Positions 1 to 13,319 of a stretch of DNA of 64,000 bases are shown here, in pieces. The notes under the pieces were generated by a model. It was not told the origin of the DNA, made no database searches, and saw nothing but the letters and a program-made list of their open reading frames with translations. The DNA lies in NCBI GenBank assembly GCA_951406725.2, contig OX597816.1, forward strand, positions 81,406,001 to 81,470,000, read 5' to 3'. This stretch comes from Octopus vulgaris (taxonomy: Eukaryota). How positions within the stretch are numbered: the stretch's first letter is position 1; each line of letters begins with the position of its first letter. The position numbers and the translations under genes are program-made.

Positions 1-42
<42 letters not shown>
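1..42. repeat. (TG)n microsatellite
   Basis: Pure TG run at window start. Confidence 0.95.
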
Positions 43-45
<3 letters not shown>

Positions 46-939
46 TTGTGTTTGTACCTCTGTCTCCTTGCAATTAATCTTAATGAAAAGTATAGAAGTA
101 AATCAAGATAAATCAAAATAAGGTCGGTTGGAATTTATTTAATAGAACAAAAGCATTTACCGTAGAACGACAATCAGCCATTTAATGACTTTTATGGCGA
201 CAATTGTAGTAAGATAAGAGAATAGCAAAGAAAGTCTATATTATGATTTCATCCACTCCGTTCCTCATACAGTTTCATCGAAATCACGCTCTCATCGACA
301 TACATCCAATTTGTGTGTGAGAGTATGTGGACATTAATTCATGTAAATGTGTGCATTTATGTATGCGCACACTCACGTTTTGCTTCGAATTTTTAAAACT
401 CATTTTTTCGCTTATCTGTTAGTTGAATTGAAATATTATGAAACTCAAGATTGTATTTTATTATTCCTCTGAGAAAATACCTTGTGGTATTTAGTTACGT
501 TCTGAATTCAAATTTCAATGGATTCGATTCTTTCTTTCATTATTTTCTTTTTTCTTTTTTTTTTTTTTCTTTGCAGTTCATAAGTACCAGTCATATTCAA
601 GTTGATTCAATGGACTATACCCTACACCAAATTCTTCATCTTGTAAAAATAAAATACATTTTCATTCATATAGTCTCTCTGTTTCTGGGTTTAAGGGTAT
701 TTTTACATGGAATATAGAGTTGTTTTAGGCGATCTTGAGTTTTGGCTGGCATCGTAGCATAAAGCTATGTGAATAAGTGAGTTTTGTGTGTGCCTGTATA
801 TCTATGCGCACTGAACGTACTAGATGATCGTATTAATGTGGAAAAGTTTCTTATCGTTTCAATTATTTTGTTTTTTCTGTAGACTGAATGTTTGCTAAGT
901 ATATAAGAGCTTCAAATAAAAGCTACCTGCTGTAGTTCT

Positions 940-1340
940 TGGATTGAAGGGTACTCTCGTGTGATTGGCTGTTTGTAAATAATTTCCTTTATTTATCACT
1001 GCAAAAGCTTCTATAACAATAGTTGTCACAGTGCTATCCAATGCTGCAAATTCATGTCACTTTAATCTGTAAATCTTTGTTATTTCAAATGTTTTACTCT
1101 CTCTTTGATTGATACGTTCCTATCCACAAGAAATAAGTTTTCAGGAAATGGTATGCATTTTATTTTTGCATTCTTTCCGGATTATATACGATCGATTGGC
1201 TAAGATATCGGTCGATATATGCGGTTAAGTTTCCTATATGCTTACACCATTGGTTCTCGGGTAATTTTAGGGTTATTTTGAGCGGTTTTTCTCTATGATG
1301 TCTATTGTATTATATCGGAGAATTTATCGGTGAAAATTCA
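940..1340 (-). mobile_element. Possible highly degraded Penelope-like (GIY-YIG) C-terminal remnant
   Basis: Minus-strand translation near 1085-1170 gives KIKCIPFPENLFLVDRNVSIKERVKHLK, resembling the PLE GIY-YIG pattern KI.C..C...Y.G.T.RS.KER.KEH; many stops. Confidence 0.3.
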
Positions 1341-1349
1341 TAATATATA

Positions 1350-1514
1350 TAGGTGCAGGCTTGGTTGCATGGTTAGGAAAATCGCTTGGCAACCATGTGG
1401 TTTCGGGTTCAGTCCTACTGGGTGATGCATTGGGCAAAGTGTCTTCTACTATATCCCCGGGCCAAGCAATGCCTATGAGTGAATTAAGTCAACGGAAACT
1501 GCGTGGAAATCCAC
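1350..1514 (+). mobile_element. tRNA-derived SINE, 5' part
   Basis: Head motif caaccatgtggtttcgggttcagtcc...ttgggcaa(a)gtgtcttctactat, also at 38185-38250 and (reverse) 41965-42030. Confidence 0.75.
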
Positions 1515-1520
1515 TATATA

Positions 1521-1570
<50 letters not shown>
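1515..1570. repeat. (TA)n microsatellite
   Basis: TA run. Confidence 0.95.
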
Positions 1571-1572
<2 letters not shown>

Positions 1573-1632
1573 AAAAAAAGAGGTTGAAAATGGATTGAGA
1601 ATAGTTAAAATATTTTTTATTAATGTATTTAA

Positions 1633-1675
1633 AACTTTAACCGGTTTCACAGTATACACTGATTTTTAAAAGGTT
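1633..1675 (-). ncRNA. Degenerate minimal hammerhead-like motif (U3-A8 type)
   Basis: Minus strand: aacctt-TTAAAAA-tcagt gtat actgt-GAAA-ccgg-TT-aaagtt; same layout as 56530-56571 but G5 is mutated to A. Confidence 0.4.
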
Positions 1676-2319
1676 GAAATAGAAAGACATAGCTTATGTC
1701 GCAGCTGTCTTACTTTTGACTAGTGTCTGAAGCTTGCCCTATTTTTATAGGGAGTTCATAGCTCAAATTATTATTATACTTTGAATAAGATTTGATTGGT
1801 AGAGGATAGTCACATCACTGGTCTTAGAAATTTTTGTAAGTTTTCCGCTACATCCGTGTGTTAGTATTATTCATAGGACCTCAGCATGCTTCATCTTATG
1901 AAATTGAAGCTATAAAATAGTGCAGACACTATGATAGAATTATTTCCTCTATTTCGTTCCTTATATTTAGTTACCATCTGAACAATAACTTCAGTCACCA
2001 TATGTACATATTTTAATTCACTATTTTGATGTATCATGTAGGATTTGATCTACTCCAGCATTCCCATTTAATTGCATGTTTCCTTAATGTTTCGTCTATT
2101 CCTTTGCAATTTCATACTTCGTTTTGTCTATTTTGCTCTGTTTTATATTTTTCTAGCATATTTTTTTTTAATTCCTACCTGAATCTTTATATCTTCACTG
2201 AACATTTTAACTGTTTGGAATAGTAATACTATATGATTGTCTTATTTAACAAAACAACTTCAAATTAGCAACAGACAACTTGGCATTCCTTCTTAGATTA
2301 TATGACCAACTATATTCTA

Positions 2320-2450
2320 CAATTTTCGCCAAGGTTGACTTTGCATTCCATGCTTTCGGGGTCGATTAAATAAGTACCATTTGAGCACTGGGGTCGATGA
2401 AATCTACTTATTTCCTCCCCACAAAATTTCGAGCCTTACACCTATAGTAG
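2320..2450 (+). mobile_element. SINE fragment (ttcggggtcgat...taagtacca family)
   Basis: Matches copies at 28140-28230 and 28320-28410, and reverse copies at 36520-36695 and 37330-37530. Confidence 0.7.
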
Positions 2451-2885
2451 ATAGTGTTAAATGCTGTCGTTACAGTAAATAGTATAAGTTTTTGCAGTTT
2501 TTTAACCCCAGATATGTTGCTGATCTGGTGGAGCATACTAATCGTCAGGGTTGTCCAACATTAACCGTTATATTTCGTCGATCCCGCAGGAGTGAAATGC
2601 GAAAACACTCGCGGTTTGTTTTGGGCTCAGGTCCAAAATACCACATAATAAATCAATTAATGTCGAAACTGACAGAACACAAACATTTGTGATTATTTTG
2701 GCAAATGCAACTGAAAAAAAAACTACGATTCCTGTAAAAGATCATTATTCACCCAATGAATGTTATAGCGAAACAAAATAACAAAATCATAACACATTTT
2801 GCCACGGAGAATTTTGAGAAAATTACGGAATGAATAGGAAAAAGGTTATTCGATCTTGAGAGAAGTGTGAATAATCACCACCCTA

Positions 2886-3411
2886 TATTGTTTCTCCAAC
2901 CAAGATAGCTGGTTCCACATATGGATTTCCTCGTGCAGGCTGGAACATTACAACATTGTCCAGGCTAATGCTGAGTCCAAATGCCTTGGAAGAAGCGAAA
3001 ATACGATTCATAAGTATTTGCATGTCATCCATTGTATGTGTGACTGAGTCACAGTCATCTGCATAGAGGAGGTCACGAATAAGAGACTGGAAAACTTTTT
3101 AATTGGCAGCTAATCGGCGCAGATTAAAGAGGCGACCAGAAGACCGATACCTGACATATATTTCCAGAGAACTAACCTTAGCAAAAGCATGGGTAAAAGC
3201 AGCAGCAAGGTACAAAGAAAAGAGAATTGGGGCAAGGATGTCACCCTGCTTGATACCATTCTCTACAAGAATGGGTCCCGCCATGCCATCACCAACATTG
3301 ACCAAAGCCTCCATCCCATCATGAAATGATTTAATTATAAATGCAAAGTGATCCGGACAATCAAGTTTGCTAAGTATTTTCCATAGCAAGGTCCTATTCT
3401 CAGTATCAAAG
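2886..3411 (-). mobile_element. RTE-clade LINE RT fragment (inverted copy of 6791-7340)
   Basis: GIKQGDILAPILF and YRSSGRLFNLRRL motifs; near-identical reverse complement of 6791-7340. Confidence 0.9.
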
Positions 3412-3420
3412 TATGTGTGT

Positions 3421-3463
<43 letters not shown>

Positions 3464-3900
3464 TGTACACACTTACCTGTAAAAAATCTCGTGTGTTTTT
3501 TGCTTATTTCGTATAAAGAATTAAATGATTAAATAAATTCTACAAATTTTATTGTTTAGCAATGTGTTGATACCAACAAACGCTCACAGAACATGTCATG
3601 ACGCAAGGCATGTCTTGAAAATATCCATTGCTTGCTTTTGTGATTGATGACTTTCGTTATTTTAGCGTTTCTTCATCTACTTTTTAAAATCGTTAAATTC
3701 TCAAGGATGTCAGTATTAAATCATTTTGCGAAATTTTTGCAAAAAAATGCCTTTATCACTCATGTAATAGTTTTTTCGGGATTATGATGCACACAATGCT
3801 CATAGTTTCTTTATTGGGAAAAATATAATTAACGTTTGAGATTTTTAAAAAAATTACATATTCTTCGGTATTTTGTGAAATGTCTAACTATGTATTCTGG

Positions 3901-4077
3901 AATGTGACAAAATAGCATGAAGATAAAATGCAGCACTAGAAGGAACTCGTAGGGTAAGTTTGGTTTCATTTCATATATATTTTGTAATGTGACAAAATAG
4001 CATGAAGATAAAATGCAGCACTAGAAGGAACTCGTAGGGTAAGTTTGGTTTCATTTCATATATATTTTGTAATGTGA
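3901..4077. repeat. 85-bp tandem duplication (2.1 copies)
   Basis: aatgtgacaaaatagcatg...tattttgt at 3901-3985 and 3986-4070, identical. Confidence 0.9.
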
Positions 4078-4127
4078 TTTCTGACCTAAATACTGTGAAA
4101 ATGTGCATATTCCACAATATTTTCATT

Positions 4128-4236
<109 letters not shown>

Positions 4237-4241
4237 TGTGT

Positions 4242-4940
4242 GTCAGTATTCAGTTTTATTCCAAGATTTCTTGTCAATAGAGAAATAGCTGGTTTCTAAT
4301 CTAGATCCAAGGCTCCTTCATTGGAATTTCAACATCAAGGTATTTTTGTATGTATGGATGGTTGTAAATGTGCACATTTGTATATTTTATGTACGTATGT
4401 ATTATCATGCATATAGTTGCATATCTAGACATATTTTTATATCATTAAATGATAAACTTCTGAAAAGTTTTACAGACTTTTACAGTTCCAGTGATGGCTT
4501 GGATCAGTAGTCTTTGAAGTAACTTTCTCCTTTCTGGTTTTGAGAAGCCTAATTTCTCAAGATTGGTATTTAGGTAGTGTGTTACATGTCCCAGTGCCGA
4601 AATAATTGCAGGTGTAAACCTGAACTTGTAATCTGGATAGAGCAACTACATATTTCTCAATAGTTCAGCGTAAGTATTCTCATTGACCTTCAGCTTTATG
4701 TTAACATCCGCTGGGCAGCTGATTTCCACAACTGTACTGTTTCTCTTCTCTATCCCAAATCATTATATCAGGTCTATTGTGTTTATATTTTTATTTGGGG
4801 TTTTCAGTGGAACATTTCATCGGGTACTCCTTTTTATTATGAGTGACTATGGCTTCCACCATACTGTGGGTTCATATTTCTTTGTCCTCGGGGTTATCCT
4901 TTCGACGGATCTCGTAATACAATGTCATGTCTCATCGTGA
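4242..4940 (-). mobile_element. R4/Dong-like (restriction-like endonuclease) non-LTR retrotransposon, family A, 3' end
   Basis: C-terminal LYPDYKFRFTPAIISALG...GTVKVCKTFQKFII, homologous to 15790-15990; 3' UTR abuts a microsatellite. Confidence 0.8.
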
Positions 4941-5059
4941 TGTGTGTACCTATGTAAGTTTGTATGTATGTATGTATGTATGTATGTATGTATGTATGTA
5001 TGTATGTATGTATGTATGTATATATGCATGCATGTATGTATGTATGCATCTATGTATGT

Positions 5060-6425
5060 CTTTTATTTTTTAATTATCATGAATCTCCCACTGAGGAGGG
5101 AGTCAGTTTCCAATAAAGAGACAAGACTCTATCTTTACGATGTAGTTAACATAGACAAATTCACATTTGGAACTTGAGAAAAATTTTGTATATTTTTACT
5201 GTTCCATTCACAGATTGCACTTGTAATGTACGAATCAGCCGGTTGATTTCTCTGTCTGAAAATTCCAGTTTATCCAAAATTCTCCTTTAAGCATTTACTA
5301 ACAAAACCTAGTGCTCCAATTATTATTGGTATGAATATGAATTCATAGTCTGAATATAGAAGGTGGAGGTTTTGAAGCCGTTGTCCATAGATATCATCTT
5401 TTTCTTTGATTTTCAGAGAGATAATTATATCAGCTGGGCAGCTGGGCAGCTGGGCAGCTGAACTCTATGACGATACATACCTTTGCCCCTCCATCCCAAA
5501 TGACAATATCCGGCCTCTTATGTTTACATTTGACAGAAGTTTTGATGGGAATATTCCACCAGTATTACTTGAGTTAGTGTTTATGGATGTATTCCATAAT
5601 AAGTGGATTTTCTAAGTTTATTTCAGAACAGTCTTTCTTGGCACTGTAAATTGTTTTAGCGACAACATCGTGCCGCATAGGAAGGTAGTACCGTGATGAC
5701 ATTTTAGGACAGCTGCTAATCACATGCGTGATGTCTTCCACAGAAACATGCCATAGCCTACACATGCGGTTCCACCTTGTGATTACAAGAGCATCCCTGT
5801 CTCTCTTGTTCACTAGGTACTTTGTGGCAATCTCTTGTTCCAGGATTGCAAACGCATAGCCTTCAAAGTGTGATGTGATGTAGTGGTCTTATGTCCAAGA
5901 GAGGCAGCGCTTCGCGTCAATTTTACTGTCTTCCGGGCAACATAGTCTTCTTTTTTTTTTTGTAAACTGAGTGCTATCAGCTGAAAATGTTATTAGTTCT
6001 GGTTGTGTTTTGGCATTGCTAACACTTTTAGCATAAATCTTGAAGTCGTCTACGAAGAAATTATGAGTTACATTGATATTTCTAGCAGTTGAAGATCCTA
6101 GCATGTAACCATTTGTTTTCTGCTGTAAGAACGAAAATGGATTCAGTGCCAAAATGAAAAGAAGTACAGAAAGGCTGTCTTCTTGAAATATTCTCTTTGA
6201 GATGCCTATACTATCTGAAACAATTATTGTTCTCAGTTGGAACGGAGAGAATTGTTGTCCACTCCTTTGTGAGTCTCTCTATAACAGCAATTAGGGTGAT
6301 GGGTACTTTCGCCAGATGTAGGTACTTCAACAGCCATGAATGAGTGATAGAGTCGAATGCCTTCTTATAGTCAAGTCATACTGTCACAAGGTGTCTGTGC
6401 TGTTTTCTTACTTCAAAGAGTACAG
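5060..6425 (-). mobile_element. R4/Dong-like LINE family B, degraded and internally deleted
   Basis: LDYKKAFDS, THNFFVDDFKIY (RT) and CRL..EDITHVISSCP..RHDVVAK (zinc knuckle plus RHD) on the minus strand; preceded by (TATG)n at 4960-5058. Confidence 0.8.
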
Positions 6426-8170
6426 CGATTTGGTGATGATTACATCATACAGTCCCTTCATGATCTTATTAGTGTAATTTGGAGGGATGGTGCAATGCCT
6501 AATGACTGGAAGGATGAAATTATTTTTCCTCTCTTTAAAGGAAAAGGAACCAGAATAATGTGTGGTAACTACAGAGGTATTGCTCTACTATCAACTGCTG
6601 GCAAGATTCTGGCAAATATTCTTCTTACCCGCCTGAATGGGTGTCTCGTAAATGATATCCTATCTGAATCTCAATGTGGCTTCCGGTCTTGTAGAGGGAC
6701 AATGGATATGATGTTCACAGCGAGACAGATGCAGAAGTGCTATGAGCAGAATATGGATCTTGTCCAGGTAATCATTGATTTAACCAAGGCCTTTGATACT
6801 GAGAATAGGACCTTGCTATGGAAAATACTTAGCAAACTTGATTGTCCGGATCACTTTGCATTTATAATTAAATCATTTCATGATGGGATGGAGGCTTTGG
6901 TCAATGTTGGTGATGGCATGGCGGGACCCATTCTTGTAGAGAATGGTGTCAAGCAGGGTGACATCCTTGCCCCAATTCTCTTTTCTTTGTACCTTGCTGC
7001 TGCTTTTACCCATGCTTTTACCCATGCTTTTACCCATGCTTTTGCTAAGGTTAGTTCTCTGGAAATATATGTCAGGTATCGGTCTTCTGGTCGCCTCTTT
7101 AATCTGCGCCGATTAGCTGCCAATTAAAAAGTTTTCCAGTCTCTTATTCGTGACCTCCTCTATGCAGATGACTGTAACTCAGTCACACATACAATGGATG
7201 ACATGCAAATACTTATGAATCGTATTTCCGCTTCTTCCAAGGCATTTGGACTCAGCATTAGCCTGGACAATGTTGTAATGTTCCAGCCTGCACGAGGAAA
7301 TCCATATGTGGAACCAGCTATCTTGGTTGGAGAAACAATACTGAAAGTGGTAGACAAGTTTGTGTACTTGGGCAGCACTCAGCCGTTCTTGCTCCCTGGA
7401 TGATGAAATATCTTTCAGGCTGCAGTGAGCAGCTGATTCCTTCTGGTCTCTTGAGTCTCGTGTCTGGTCCCAGCATGGCAAACGAAAATTGTTGTATACC
7501 GTGCATGTGTACTGACATCGCTCCTTAACTCATGTGAAGCATGGACCCTTTACAAATATCATGTAAAGGTCCATGAACGCTTCCATTAGAGATATCTCAG
7601 GCGCATTCTGAATGCTGGCTGGATCGTAAAAACTCCAGATACACAGTTTCTGAGGAAAGCTGATATCTTGAGTATTGAGGCGATGGTGCACAAGAGCCGG
7701 TTACGCTGGACTGGACACCTTATTAGAATGAAGGATAGCAGGATCCCTAAACAGATGCTATATGGGGAACTTGTTAATGGAAAGAGACCCCAGCATAAAC
7801 CAAGTCTAAGATTTAAGGGCTGTGTCAAGTCCCCATCAAAGGCCTGTAATAAGCTGGAGACTGACTGAGGGAGTAATGCCTGTCATCGCCACAGATGGTG
7901 GAAGCAGGTTAAGGAGGGGGGTCAACACCTATAAAAAGAACACGTATTCTTCATGAAGAATTTAAGCTTGCTGCTCAAAAGCGCACTGCTAGCGTAGTGG
8001 ATGTGGAAAGCTTGGTCTGCAATGTTTGCAGTCGTATATGCTTGTCAAGAGCAGGGCTCTTTGGCCACCGACGGAACAGCAAAAGCAAAATATAAGTTAG
8101 TTCTAGAGCACACAATGTTTCTAAAGGTCAGCAATGGTCTTCCTCGTTCACTAGTGGACGGCCATCATAT
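6426..8170 (+). mobile_element. RTE-clade LINE, 5'-truncated and frameshifted
   Basis: NYRGIALLS, QCGFR, DLTKAFD, GVKQGDILAP, LYADD, RLRWTGHLIRM, C-terminal CNVCSRICLSRAGL zinc finger, RTE-type 3' end ...ggacggccatcat. Confidence 0.9.
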
Positions 8171-8479
8171 GGAGTAGCGCTAAATTTTCCTAAGTTTAAT
8201 TTATTTTGTTTTTAGTGTTTACATTGCGCAATAGACAGTAACTTTTTTGCATCCTCCCAATCAGCGACGATGTCTATTATCTCTTACTAACATGTCCTAA
8301 TCCTTTTCAGATTTTCTTTAAATGTTTTGAATCAGATATTTGGCCTTCTTTGTTTCCATTTCCTTACTCCTGCTATATATACATACATGCCTCATATCTG
8401 CTTGTAACCGATTTCACAAACTCACAGACTAAATCACAACATCCATCGACTCGGGTTTTGGGGGGTTGTTTTTTTTTTC

Positions 8480-10900
8480 AAGATTAGTATCCTTGGGGGA
8501 TGCTGAGGGCCTGGTACGGGACTGTGGTGATGAAGAACACAGGTGGACCTGGCCAGCTCTACGTATGATGACGTCTCTGGAATCACTAACCTAGGATGAC
8601 CCCCAGCCCTGTCAAGCAAGAGTATGAAGCAGTAGCAGCAAGCTAGCAACAACAATTGCACATATGTTCGACAATGACTGCATCTTCTATCATGTACTGG
8701 TTCTAACAGTAAAAGTTGGCATACAATTTCATTTCTTCACCAAAAATATTTCCACAATTTTAAGTTTGCATTGTTTGAAACGCTCATTTAATAATGGTAT
8801 ATTACCAAATAACATACTTCTGTTGATTTTGTAAGTATCCAGGTGTCAGATTCATATATCAATATGCTTTTTACAGCAGCTCCAGAAAAACGGCATTTTG
8901 AAATCATTACGAGAGAGTACCCAAAAGTAACTGGAAACGTTCTCTGTGGGATATACCCGTTGTCGATCAAGCTTCCGCCGCTAGAAGCCACTTAATGCAA
9001 CCCTCAGGCATCAGTCTATTGATCGGCGTCGTCGAGTAAAGTCGTACAACCAAGTGGTGCGTATTTGTTTTGCAGTGCTTCTCACCTGTTCATCAATTTT
9101 TGCGATGGCTGAAACGAAGAAACATCGGGATTCTGTGAAATTCTGTTTTCTGTCGAGGGAACCAACGGCCGAAACAGTTGTCATGCCTCAAACAGCTTAC
9201 AAGGACGCTGCCATGAGCAAAGTACAAGTTTACGAGTGGTGGTTTTTACATTTCAGGAATGGTTACTTTACGTTTGAAGAATGGTTACTTTACGTTTGAA
9301 GAATGGTTACTTTACGTTTCATGAATGGTTATTTTACGCAGGGTGACCGTCGATCTCCCGAGCGAATGAAAACCTCATGAAAATTCATGAAATGATCTTG
9401 GAAGACCGTCACCAAACAATTGACGAACTTGTTGATATGATTAGCGTGTCCTGGAGCTCCTGCCAACGAATTTTGAGCAAGGAATTGCGAATGAAAAGGG
9501 TTGCAGCAAAATTTGTGCCTCGCTTGCTCACAGAAGATCAAAAGCAGTCACGACTGAATGCGAGTCGTGAACTAAAAGAGCAGTTGGAAGTTGATCCAGA
9601 CCTTTTTTTCGAAGGTCATTATTGGTAACGAAAACTGGTGCTATGGCTACGACCCGGAAACGTAGCAGCGACCAAGTCAATGGAAGCATTCAATGTTACC
9701 ATATCCCAAAAAGGCGCGTCAAGGGAAGTCCAATGTCAAGACGATGCTGATTTGTTTCATCGATGCGCAAGGAGCTGTCCACACAGAATTTGTTCCTCCT
9801 GGTCAATCTGTAAACCAGACATTTTACTTTTGCCATTCTGAAGCACTTGCGATGTGTGGTGAGACGAAATGACCCCGACCAGTGGAAAAGTGGAGAGTGG
9901 TGGTTTCATCACGTCGACGTGCCTGCGCACACAGCCTTGAGTGTGAGACAGTTTTTGACCAAAAATGGCATGGCCCCGATTACCCACCCTGCAACTTTTT
10001 TTGTTTCTCTAAATAAAAAAAATCCTTAAGGGAAAACGTTTTGCAGATGTCGAAGAGATTAAGAAAAATCGACGGAGACGTTAAAAGGCATCACTTCGCA
10101 AGAGTTCATGGACTGCTTCGAACAGCGGAAAACGCGTCTGGACCTATGCATGGTTTCAAATGGAGAATACTTTGAAGGCGGTAAAAGTATAAACTTATAA
10201 AACTAAATGAATAAAATAATATTGCAAAATTCCGGTTTCTTTTGGGTACCCCCTCGTAGATTGATTTGGCTCCCTTATTGCGGACATCTTACTTACAACT
10301 GACAATTCCAATTCAATTGTTATTTCACTGTCTCTCTTTGAGCTTTCTACCCACGATCCCAAATATTTGGTATCGTTTACACGTTCCAAGTTTGCACAAA
10401 TTGATGATATAACGTGTTCTATTGCTTGACTGGGAACCATAAACTCAGTTTTATAGTTATTAACGCGTTATCCAATATGTTTTGCAGTCTTCTGAGAATG
10501 TTGAAGTAGTAGTTGAGCTTTTTTTGATCTTCTATTATCTGCTTAATCTGTATCAGAAATAATAGTTGCAGAATGACGTCTGCTTTATTGCGGAGTTATC
10601 TGTAGACCTGTTTCTTCAACATTTGGTGTTGAAATTCGTAATGAGATGTCTAAAAATGTAATGAAGAGGAAAAGTGCAAGAGATTTGACTCGCAAGACTT
10701 CTATCAGGATCTTAAAGAAATTTATATGACCATCAAAAGATAAAACCTAAACAACATTATCTTTGTACAGAATGTTCATCGCATCTCAAGTGATGCCTGC
10801 AATACCATACACCCTGAGAATTTACGTCAGTTTTACCCGATGGGTTAAGTATAAATATTTGCTAAATCATATGACAGCTTTTAGGCTTTGATTTTTGAAA
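8480..10900 (-). mobile_element. Old degraded RTE-like LINE, interrupted by mariner at 8910-10256
   Basis: KYLGSW (about 10350) and AAVKSILIYESDTWILTK (about 8830-8880) become contiguous when the mariner is removed. Confidence 0.6.
8910..10256 (+). mobile_element. Mariner-like DNA transposon with a defective transposase
   Basis: 27-bp imperfect TIRs (CGAGAGAGTACCCAAAAGTAACTGGAA / revcomp CGAGGGGGTACCCAAAAGAAACCGGAA), TA TSD (8908-8909, 10257-10258); AKFVPRLL, WCYGYDPET and HHVDVPAHTA motifs; frameshifts. Confidence 0.92.
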
Positions 10901-11964
10901 GAAATCTACTTTTGACTTTGCTATTACTTTTTGTGTAACAGTTGCTAAGCAATAACACGTAAGACATTTGTGCACGTAGTCATCTGGTTTCCAGATTGAA
11001 AACGGCGGTCTGAAGTGTAATAAATATTAGATTGCTCAAATTGTTGATTAACAGCTTCGGCCTCGTTCCCGTCACTAATCATAAGAGCTGAATGGAATTG
11101 TCTATGAATATCCGATGAAAATTTCGTTCAACACCTGCTTTGAAATTTTGATAATGAAACATTTTTTTCAAAAGTTCCACTATTATATCAGTTTTCATGA
11201 ATTAGTTTCACATCCTCCTTTAGAGAACAGCTGTGATGACTAATGACATGACATCTTTCAGCTTTTGCCAACAGAGTTTTGAGCAAGAAAAGACCAAATA
11301 AAATGATTAAATTGTACCATCACTTCGCCACGTTTAGCAGCATGCATTCTAATTAAATTGATAGAATGCAGCAATAATTGCATAATTAGAAATATGAGAC
11401 TGTCTGCTTTATAATGGCATTTCATCCTTAACAAGTTGATCCAAAATGACTGCATCGTCCTTTTCGGCATTCCTTTGTTTTAATTGGATAAATTCAAGAA
11501 AATACTCTTATAAAAATAATCGTCTCCTTAAAATTGATATCAGAATAACGAACTGATTCTGCCAATTGCTCGTGATCTGCCTGATTTTGAGTAGAGACAA
11601 ATAGAAAGACAAGATATTTGGCTTTATGATAGAGTGCTATATAGCAATGTATGGTGAAAAGTAGAAGTTATTGTGTGAGCGTATTCATTTAAATATTAAC
11701 AGTGAGAAATATATTATCCAAGGGGTTTTTTCCCTACATTTTTGAGGTGCGTTTCCATGAGAAAATAAAAGTTTTGTCAACACTTTTACTGATCTCATAA
11801 AATTTTCGAAACTGTTTTTCTATTCCTAAACTGCTTAAATTATGAACTTGAATGTTCCTAGCCACTATGCGAGGCAAAATGTTTTGTTGTTAAACTTTTA
11901 ACCAAGAGAGAATACTGCAAATGTTTCAGCATTTTTAATGTAATTTGAACTTGATGATCTATAT

Positions 11965-12065
11965 CATACATACAAACATACATGCATACATACATACATA
12001 CATACATACATACATACATACATACATACATACATACATACATACATACATACATACATACATGC
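11965..12065. repeat. (TACA)n microsatellite
   Basis: Direct observation. Confidence 0.95.
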
Positions 12066-13319
12066 ACACACACAACACACATACCTACAGACGTACATAT
12101 ATACATATAGAGCACCGTCAGCAACAGACGTGAAAGCGTAGAAGACCGTTTAAATATGCCCTTTTGATCATTTTCTTTTTCTATTATGCTGACTCCACCA
12201 GCCTAAATCAGTACCTTGTTAATTTCTTCAGTTACAAATAAGTGAAACACCTTTTACTTACAAACATATGGATATTCAGACCGGGTGACAAAATATATCT
12301 TACACCACGTGGAATTCTGCATCTACGACCATATCTGATATTGATAACAACACCAACACCAATATCAGCACATGCAGTACTACGCCACCTGTAAAAGATA
12401 TTCAGAACGTCGTGAGTGCTCTTCTCATTTCACTTGGAATTCATATTTAAATCAAAATCTACTTCGGAGCCATAAAGAAAAGCCCAAGATGACCCTTCCG
12501 TCAGCTAAATGAAGCATCTAAAAAATATTGAGAATATCATCCAAATTTAAACAATATTACCGCAAATAAGCTTCAGCGGCATTAAGCATCTTTCTCGGCA
12601 AAAAATGACTATCAAAGATAACAGCTGTTATTCCAGCTCTCGTGATACTAATTAATCTTCTCAAAACACTGAGAACCGACCAAAATTCGCTATCAGAGAG
12701 GTTGATAACACCGTGTAACAAAATTTTCATTTTTTTTTTTCTTTGGTTAGTAGATGTTATTTCCTATTTGCTTTTATCTAAATATCAAAAGGAATTGCTA
12801 CTATTCCCTTCAAAGTTTGCTTTTGTGACCTGAACGTCAACGTTTTGAAACCGACCTATTTTCCATTACATTTCAGACAGATTCAGCGCAGAGTTACTGA
12901 AGCAGAAATATCGTTATAGCAAATGTTCTACTGAGTACCACACATTTGCTTGTCAGTTGCTTGACCTTAGCCACTTGAGTATGTCCCTTAGTAGCGAACA
13001 ATATGTACATCTCTGATGATGAGCAAGAGTAGTGAGGGAATGTCATAGCCATGTGTTGAGAGGGATGGATTCTTTGGGACTTGAACAAATGTAACAAGAG
13101 CAAGGTTTTAAGGAAATATTAGCCATTTTTCATGCTTTCTAGGGGGAAAGCAAATAAGAAGTAACAATGCTACCCAAGGACAAAAATCGTGTTACACAGT
13201 GTAATAATGTAAACAAACCGATACAATCCCAAAGCAGAAGCTTACCAAAATATAACTAATGAACTTTAGATACCGCGACGCCCGAGGAAAGCCAAGAGAC
13301 TACCGAAAATGGAGATCAT

